DNA from: an uncultured Gammaproteobacteria bacterium
GTDB lineage: Bacteria > Patescibacteriota > Patescibacteriia > UBA2591 > UBA6264
Assembly (NCBI GenBank): GCA_964596735.1
Contig: CAZQVF010000002.1
Location: forward strand, 82,321-146,320
Length of the DNA: 64,000 bases
Direction: 5' to 3'
Shown here: positions 58,337 to 64,000 of the stretch, in pieces
Numbering within the stretch: the first letter of the stretch is position 1
How the letters are laid out: every line of letters starts with the position of its first letter
Translations under genes and position numbers: made by a program
Notes under the pieces: model-generated
Told to the model about the DNA's origin: nothing
Database searches by the model: none
What the model saw: only the letters and a program-made list of their open reading frames with translations

Positions 58337-58534
58337 ATGCAAGGCACAATCAAGAAATTAACTGATAAAAACTTTGGTTTCATTAGCCAAGAAGGTAGTG
58401 AAAAAGATTTATTTTTTCATGCCAATGAATTGGCTGATGTTAACTTCAGCGACCTTAGAGAAGGTGATGCTGTCAGTTTTGAAGTAACTGACACCCCCAA
58501 GGGTCAAGCTGCAGTCAAAGTGAAAAAAGTTTAA
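58337..58534 (+). CDS. Cold-shock domain protein
   Basis: MQGTIKKL..KNFGFI..DLFFHA..EGDAVSFE..KG..AV.V. Confidence 0.95.
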   Translation: MQGTIKKLTDKNFGFISQEGSEKDLFFHANELADVNFSDLREGDAVSFEVTDTPKGQAAVKVKKV

Positions 58535-58555
58535 TTCACTTTCAATAGAACTAAA

Positions 58556-58588
58556 TAAAAAGACTGCCATTTTCGGCAGTTTTTTTAT
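58556..58588 (+). terminator. Intrinsic terminator
   Basis: AAAAAGACTGCC-atttt-CGGCAGTTTTTT. Confidence 0.75.
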
Positions 58589-58686
58589 TACTATCGATGA
58601 ACATTATACCTACTTTATTAATCTAGGTTAAAGCCCCCCATTGTTGTGGGGGGCCTGTTTAAAAATTAACAGATTATTCCGGATTT

Positions 58687-59871
58687 TTATTGATTAAAAT
58701 CAGAAAGAATCTGAATCAGGTTGTAAAACGAGTATTCCAAGGCGTCTGGTCTTGAGTAGTAGAACGGATCTGGCGCTATTTCGCCGGAATTTGATGTCTC
58801 AAGAGCCAGGGTAAGCGGCTTATCAAGTCCGTCACCAATCTTCAAAACATGTTGTAACATATTTTGAAACAAAGGAGTGAGCTTAATCGGAGCATGAGAA
58901 CCACAACGACGATGTTTGGCCAATTTCCACGCATAAGTATCATTCTTGAGAATAACTCGAAGCTCTCGATGATAATCCGTGTCTGTGTCTCTTGGATCAA
59001 GAACGATTACCTGCCATGGGTTATTTCCGTGCAAATGATAATAAGATGTGTTCAACTTGGAAGCCATTTCATTAAAACTGGCTCTTTGTTGAATTGTGCG
59101 CGGAACTTTTCCATTCTCAGCAGAAAAACCAAAGAACTTTTCAAACTCAGGGTTTGGTTGAGCAAACTCTAAATTTTCAATTTCTTCAATTTCTATGCAT
59201 TCTTGATTTAATGCCTGAACCGTACCTAGTAAATGATCAAAGTCCACCACACAGTCAACGTCTGCCTCTTTCATGATATTGAACAAATCCAGATAAATTC
59301 CTGAACGGTGAGATAAGCGAGTAATTGGAAGCCACGCATTGTGTTCAGGTATCCAACAGAAATTGTTCAAATACACTGTTTCTAGTCTTGGGTAAACATC
59401 TGCCTGTCGCATCTGTGAAAGCACTTTTATATGCCATCTCGCTCCGGCAAGCCATTCTTCTGGTTCAATTCGGCAATAAAATCTACGTTCGTTTATAAGG
59501 GCCTTTTGTTTCACAATGTTAGCCCCGTGAAAAACCAAACATTCTGGTGCTGGATCCCACTGAGAAACCGTATCAATCCATTGCCAGAATTCATTTACAA
59601 AACCCTGTTCTCCTTCTCTTTCACTATGATAGAGCTTGGTCAAACATTCATTTGGGAAATGGATGCTATATGGCAAACCATTTAATGATTTTGGGTTAAA
59701 GCTCTTTGAGAAAAGACCTGGTAGTCCTTTAAGCTCAAAGCCAAAACTGATTTCATATCCAGTAGACTTAGTTACTGCATTTTTAAACCATTTTTGGCGA
59801 CTGATATATTCAGGAATACTGTTTTGTGTCCGTACTCCTGCTGGGACAAAGATTCTAAGTTGTCTCTTCAT
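58687..59871 (-). CDS. Hypothetical protein, possible xylose-isomerase/AP-endonuclease-2 TIM barrel
   Basis: Ordered motifs SIHFP, VFHG, LETV, VDFDH, YHLHG, HAP, LALE; own TTGACA-17-TATACT promoter. Confidence 0.6.
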   Translation of the reverse strand: MKRQLRIFVPAGVRTQNSIPEYISRQKWFKNAVTKSTGYEISFGFELKGLPGLFSKSFNPKSLNGLPYSIHFPNECLTKLYHSEREGEQGFVNEFWQWIDTVSQWDPAPECLVFHGANIVKQKALINERRFYCRIEPEEWLAGARWHIKVLSQMRQADVYPRLETVYLNNFCWIPEHNAWLPITRLSHRSGIYLDLFNIMKEADVDCVVDFDHLLGTVQALNQECIEIEEIENLEFAQPNPEFEKFFGFSAENGKVPRTIQQRASFNEMASKLNTSYYHLHGNNPWQVIVLDPRDTDTDYHRELRVILKNDTYAWKLAKHRRCGSHAPIKLTPLFQNMLQHVLKIGDGLDKPLTLALETSNSGEIAPDPFYYSRPDALEYSFYNLIQILSDFNQ

Positions 59872-59998
59872 GGAATACTTCCTTTCCTGTTTATTTAATG
59901 AGCAGAATCAATTGTAGACCAAGTATAGCACAAATTTCTTGATTTGTCAATATTAAAATTAGGCTTAACAGAGCCTAATTTTTATTAAATCTCTAAAT

Positions 59999-60520
59999 TT
60001 ATTTTAGAGGATTCTGTAATAATTTTATGGTCTGTTTCACTTCCTCTTTAATTCCTTTAATACAGTCTAAATTCTTAACTTCTTCTTCATTAACCCAGGC
60101 ATAATCAGTGAAAGCGCCTTTTTCTGGTTTCACTTCCCCACTTTTATATTTAACAGCAAACTTTATCAATACAACTGGTGTTTCGTCTGGTCTTATAAAA
60201 ACAACGCTGTTGATATAAAATAGTTGGTCATGAATTTCTACCCCTGCCTCTTCTAAGGTTTCTCTTTTTAAGAGTTCAATTACGGCATTTTCATAATCAA
60301 GCACTTTACCATTTAATCTTGTTGGATTATTAATATCTAGATCTTTCCATTCCAGCTTTCCACCAGGAACAGCATACTTACCAGGATGAACCTTTTCTCT
60401 TTTATCTCTTTTTAAAATAAGGCAGCGTTTATCACTTTCACGAAAAACCACTGCATTGGCAACAAAATAGAAAAGTTTCTTTTTTTTAGCATTATCTATG
60501 CTTACTTTTTCAGCCGGCAT
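59999..60520 (-). CDS. NUDIX hydrolase
   Basis: ILKRD..HPGKYAVPGG...RETLEEAGV (Nudix box with an insertion). Confidence 0.88.
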   Translation of the reverse strand: MPAEKVSIDNAKKKKLFYFVANAVVFRESDKRCLILKRDKREKVHPGKYAVPGGKLEWKDLDINNPTRLNGKVLDYENAVIELLKRETLEEAGVEIHDQLFYINSVVFIRPDETPVVLIKFAVKYKSGEVKPEKGAFTDYAWVNEEEVKNLDCIKGIKEEVKQTIKLLQNPLK

Positions 60521-60521
60521 A

Positions 60522-60851
60522 TTAATATATTAAAATTAAAACTAATAAGATGATTATGGTTGCTAAAAACAACCAGCCAATAGTGCAGAATAATAATTTA
60601 ATCGCCTCTTTCTTATGGTCATTTAAATAAAGATGGGCTACTCTTCCAAAAATTAAAAGACCAACAATAGCGGCAGAAACAACAAATAACAATAAAAAAG
60701 TAAAGGGGGCCCATATGGTTTTCATCTTGCCGAAAATTTTTTCTCCGGAAAAAAGAAGTTGAGAAATAACAAAAACATAAACTAAAACTCCTAAAGAGTT
60801 AATTAAACTCCATGATAATAGTTCTTTTCTTTTTTTATTTTTATTAATCAT
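60522..60851 (-). CDS. Small three-TM membrane protein
   Basis: Hydrophobic 109 aa, FLLLFVVSAAIVGLLIFG. Confidence 0.72.
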   Translation of the reverse strand: MINKNKKRKELLSWSLINSLGVLVYVFVISQLLFSGEKIFGKMKTIWAPFTFLLLFVVSAAIVGLLIFGRVAHLYLNDHKKEAIKLLFCTIGWLFLATIIILLVLILIY

Positions 60852-61014
60852 GCTTTAAGTATAACAAAATTTCAGAATTTTAAAATATTGATAAAAGGGC
60901 TATTTCTTTGCCAAATTTTAATAATAAAAAAAGCTCTACTTTTAAAAATTTAAAAACTTGACAAAAACAAAAATTTTTGTTATTATAAAAATAACAAAAT
61001 GGAGGAAACAAAAA

Positions 61015-61236
61015 GTGAAAAACGCTCTATTTAAAATAGCAAATGGACGAGTAGCAGGAATCATTGTTGCCGTAATTTTTCTTGGTATTTTTGCCGCTCT
61101 ATTTATCGGTTACAATGTCTTACAAGGTATGTTGCTTGCTCTCGTCTCCATTGTCTTAATTGGTTTAATCTTGTACGTCTGTCCTTTGCTTGTCATGGAT
61201 TTTCTGAATTATAAAAGAGCAATGAAGAAGGGGTGA
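61015..61236 (+). CDS. Small two-TM membrane protein
   Basis: GTG start after GGAGG (61001-61005); TTGACA-17-TATTAT upstream. Confidence 0.65.
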   Translation: MKNALFKIANGRVAGIIVAVIFLGIFAALFIGYNVLQGMLLALVSIVLIGLILYVCPLLVMDFLNYKRAMKKG

Positions 61237-61254
61237 AAAATTTTTCACCCCTTC
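61227..61254. repeat. Perfect 28-bp palindrome over the stop codon
   Basis: GAAGGGGTGAAAAA|TTTTTCACCCCTTC. Confidence 0.85.
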
Positions 61255-61352
61255 AACTTTTCCATATCTACGAAAATAAAATGAGGGTTACTCTTCATGG
61301 GTTATTTCTAAGCCTGCTTTAATTATAGCGGGTTTTTGTGTTTCCTTAACCC

Positions 61353-61400
61353 AAAAAGCGAGGATTAACTTCGCTTTTTAGTCAAAAACTCCCTTGGTGG
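61353..61400 (+). repeat. 48-bp direct repeat, left copy
   Basis: 45/48 identical to 62052-62099; contains hairpin AAAAAGCGA...TCGCTTTTT. Confidence 0.9.
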
Positions 61401-61462
61401 GACGCTTTTCGAGCTTTTAAGTGGATTAACTGATAATTTGAACTTAAAACTTTATTAATCTA

Positions 61463-61723
61463 TTAATAAATGTCGTGTTTGCCGATAGAATAAAATCTAA
61501 CCACATTTTTCTTTTTATCTACAAAATCAAAAATAATTCTATATTCATAATTTATAGAAAATACCAGAAAACTACTCAACTTGCCATGAAGTTTATGCGT
61601 TTTTAACCTTGAATCCGATGGATTTTTGCGAAAAACTTTTTCTTTCTCCTCAGCCAAATCTTTCACTTTTATTGGCAGCTTTTTGTACTGCTTTGCAAAT
61701 TTAGGCAAATACAATATTTTCAT
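61463..61723 (-). CDS. RelE/ParE-superfamily toxin
   Basis: F.KQYKKL, LKTHKLHG, SINYEYRIIF, IGKHDIY. Confidence 0.9.
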   Translation of the reverse strand: MKILYLPKFAKQYKKLPIKVKDLAEEKEKVFRKNPSDSRLKTHKLHGKLSSFLVFSINYEYRIIFDFVDKKKNVVRFYSIGKHDIY

Positions 61724-61731
61724 GAATCAAT

Positions 61732-61947
61732 TTATCGTAAATCCTTCAAAGATTTTAACACTTTTCCTTTGCCGGCCTCAAACTTTAAACGATCTTTCTT
61801 TAGTTCTTCTGCTAACTTATTAGTATTCCATTCACGAATAAGATAACGAAAAAATTCGCTAACAGAAGCATATCCTTCTGCTTTAACCTCTTTTTTTATT
61901 ACCTTTACCATTTTTTCAGGTAAAGAGATGTTAACAATGTTACGCAT
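61732..61947 (-). CDS. Ribbon-helix-helix antitoxin
   Basis: IVNISLP..M...I...V..EGYASVSEFFR.LIR; directly upstream of the toxin. Confidence 0.88.
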   Translation of the reverse strand: MRNIVNISLPEKMVKVIKKEVKAEGYASVSEFFRYLIREWNTNKLAEELKKDRLKFEAGKGKVLKSLKDLR

Positions 61948-62051
61948 ATAATTATGTATTAATTGTAATAATCTGTAATAATTTATATTACATATATTAA
62001 CATGGATAATAATAACGTCAATTATAAAACTGTGGATAACCTAATTAACTA

Positions 62052-62099
62052 AAAAAGCGAGGTTTAACTTCGCTTTTTAGTCAAAAACTCCCCAGGTGG
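62052..62099 (+). repeat. 48-bp direct repeat, right copy
   Basis: Matches 61353-61400. Confidence 0.9.
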
Positions 62100-62246
62100 A
62101 ATGCCTGCCCGCCGACATGGAGGGATGTTAGAACTTAATATAGTTAGATGACAAGAGGACGGGTTTTAAAATGATAATTGATGTTATCTTGCAAAAAGTC
62201 TATAATTAAAATGGACCTGCCTAATTTTTTAATAAAAGGTATTTAA

Positions 62247-64000
62247 ATGAAATCCAACAAAACATTTTACGGCATATTCTTAATATCATTAGCCGCCTTA
62301 TCATTGGAAATAAGCCTGATTAGGTTTTTTTCAATATCCCAGTGGTATCATTTTGCATTTATGATTGTTAGCATCGCTTTATTTGGTCTGGCCGCCTCTG
62401 GAACTTTTCTAACAATTAAAAAATTAAATAATCCGCTGTTTATTTCATCGATATTGTTCTCTTTATCTGTGTTAATTGGTTTTTTTATAACAAATAATTT
62501 AATTTTTGATCCTTTTAAAGCAGTTTTGGATTTTAAACATATATTTATTTTGCTGATTTACTATATTTTTCTTGGCCTGCCGTTCTTCTTTTTCGGAATT
62601 ATAATTGCCCATTCTTTTTTAAAATTTCAAAAAAGAGCCGGGAAAATTTATTTCTACAATATGTCTGGTTCGGCTTTTGGCACATTAGCTTCGCTGTTTT
62701 TCATGTCGTACTTTAACATAAAAACCATATTCATAATTTCCTTAATTGGCTTTATTTCCGCGCTATTTTTTGTTGATAAAAAAAAGAAAAAAATAATCTT
62801 TTTACTTTTTTTAATTCTTATAAATTTGTTATTATTTTTCACTCCATTAGAAATAAATATTTCAAAATACAAAGAATTAAATCAGGCGTTAAATGTTCCA
62901 GGATCTAAATTAATAAACACAGAATATAATTCATTTTCAAGAGTTGATATTATTAAGAGTTCTTTTATAAGATATGCGCCTGGTCTAAGTCCTGCTTTTA
63001 AAGGAAATTTACCAGAGCAGATTGGCATCACCATTGACGCCGGCAATATGAACGCAATCACAAAACACGAAAATCTTGATTTTATTAATAACCTGCCTTC
63101 GGCCATTCCATATTTTTTAAGCCAAAACAAAAAAACATTGATAATAAATTCTGGCGCTGGTTTGGACGTCTTAGCGGCACTAAAAAACAAGGCCATTGTA
63201 ACGGCTTTGGAAACAAATCCGGTTGTTATTGATTTATTAAAAAATGAATACTCAGACTATTCAGGAAATATTTACAACCGGGCAGACATAATTTTTGGAC
63301 AGGGCAGAAGCTTTACTAAGCATAATAAAGAAAAATTTGATATTATTGTTGTTTCTTTAGCCGGCAATGTTTTGAGTACCAGCGGAATTTCAGGTTTAAA
63401 TGAAAATTACTTACTAACGAAACAAGCATTTGAGGACTACTATGATGATTTAAATGATGATGGATTTTTAATAATAACGGATTGGCTAGTTTTTCCACCA
63501 AGAAAAAGTTTAAGATTGTTTTCTTTGTCCTTAGAAATTGATAAAGAGGCAAAAAAAACTGCGCTTTTTAGGACCTGGACTACGGTTACGTTACTTTTAT
63601 CAAAAAAGGATTTGGATCAAAATACTATTGAAAAAATAAAGGATTTTACTGAAGAAAATAAATTTGACATTATTTACCTGCCGACAGGTTTTGTTCCGAA
63701 CAAGAATCTTAAATTTAAAAAACCTTTTTATTATAATTCTGTAAAAAATCTACTGGAAAACAAAAATGAGTTTTACAAAAATTATATTTTTGACGTTAGA
63801 GCGACAACAGATGATCGGCCATTTTATTCTAATTTTTTCAAAATCTCAAAAGTTAATGAGCTGCACAAAATAGTAGACAAATGGAATCCTTTTTTTGATC
63901 CCGGATTTTTATTATTTTTTATACTGGTACAGGCCTTGATTTCAGCCTTAATATTCATACTGCTGCCCATTAAACTCTTTAACAGAACAAGTAAAAAATT
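62247..64000 (+). CDS. Membrane protein fused to a spermidine-synthase-like SAM-dependent domain (runs off window; not in ORF track)
   Basis: Manual translation MKSNKTFYGIFLISLAALSLEISLIRFFSISQWYHFAFMIVSIALFGLAASGTFL, later NSFSRVD, NSGAGLD, GQGRSF, ENYLLT, TDDRPF. Confidence 0.8.
   Translation, partial: MKSNKTFYGIFLISLAALSLEISLIRFFSISQWYHFAFMIVSIALFGLAASGTFLTIKKLNNPLFISSILFSLSVLIGFFITNNLIFDPFKAVLDFKHIFILLIYYIFLGLPFFFFGIIIAHSFLKFQKRAGKIYFYNMSGSAFGTLASLFFMSYFNIKTIFIISLIGFISALFFVDKKKKKIIFLLFLILINLLLFFTPLEINISKYKELNQALNVPGSKLINTEYNSFSRVDIIKSSFIRYAPGLSPAFKGNLPEQIGITIDAGNMNAITKHENLDFINNLPSAIPYFLSQNKKTLIINSGAGLDVLAALKNKAIVTALETNPVVIDLLKNEYSDYSGNIYNRADIIFGQGRSFTKHNKEKFDIIVVSLAGNVLSTSGISGLNENYLLTKQAFEDYYDDLNDDGFLIITDWLVFPPRKSLRLFSLSLEIDKEAKKTALFRTWTTVTLLLSKKDLDQNTIEKIKDFTEENKFDIIYLPTGFVPNKNLKFKKPFYYNSVKNLLENKNEFYKNYIFDVRATTDDRPFYSNFFKISKVNELHKIVDKWNPFFDPGFLLFFILVQALISALIFILLPIKLFNRTSKK

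Noticed and set aside
61389-61415. tRNA gene at the direct repeats
   Set aside because: Only a faint resemblance to a reverse-strand tRNA 3' end; no cloverleaf can be built.
62031-62039. Perfect DnaA box (TGTGGATAA), with a near match at about 28398, as an origin
   Set aside because: Isolated boxes without a cluster or dnaA gene; not enough to call oriC even though parAB is in the window.
62841-62854. ACTCCATTAGAAAT as a copy of the CCCGTAGA element end
   Set aside because: It lies inside an uninterrupted reading frame with no partner inverted repeat or duplication.
62654-63552. Three minus-strand ORFs in the track
   Set aside because: They are antisense to the real plus-strand gene starting at 62247, which the track omits because it has no stop in the window.

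Overview
AT-rich bacterial chromosome segment, genetic code 11. The gene content points to a Patescibacteria (CPR, Parcubacteria/ABY1-like) genome; this assignment is inference. About 1-45 kb is mostly core genes: rpsB (partial), rpmE, prfA, rplY, rodA, dnaE carrying a 376-aa endonuclease-bearing intein, thrS, miaB, miaA, gatB, RNase P RNA, rnhA, recJ, serS, lysS, greA, mrdA-mreD-mreC, rpsU and parAB. This part also holds CPR-type surface proteins, including a 3043-aa pilin-anchored Ig/Cys-rich protein ending in a Hint domain. About 46-64 kb is accessory: a two-component system, rubrerythrin, MFS, uppP, csp, a RelE-RHH toxin-antitoxin pair between direct repeats, and many small single-gene units. 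The most unusual signal is in the intergenic DNA. (1) Small elements bounded by CCC...GGG inverted repeats sit exactly at start codons with a duplicated (T)ATG. One consists only of a GIY-YIG nuclease gene that uses the upstream TATG copy as its own start, while parA uses the downstream copy. (2) A separate dispersed repeat family (AGAACCTGC-loop-GCAGAACCTTGAAATTAAAT...ATTTAATTATA, 8 loci) starts exactly on stop codons in four cases. No CRISPR array, rRNA or tRNA was recognised. All annotations were made by eye from motifs, with no database searches.
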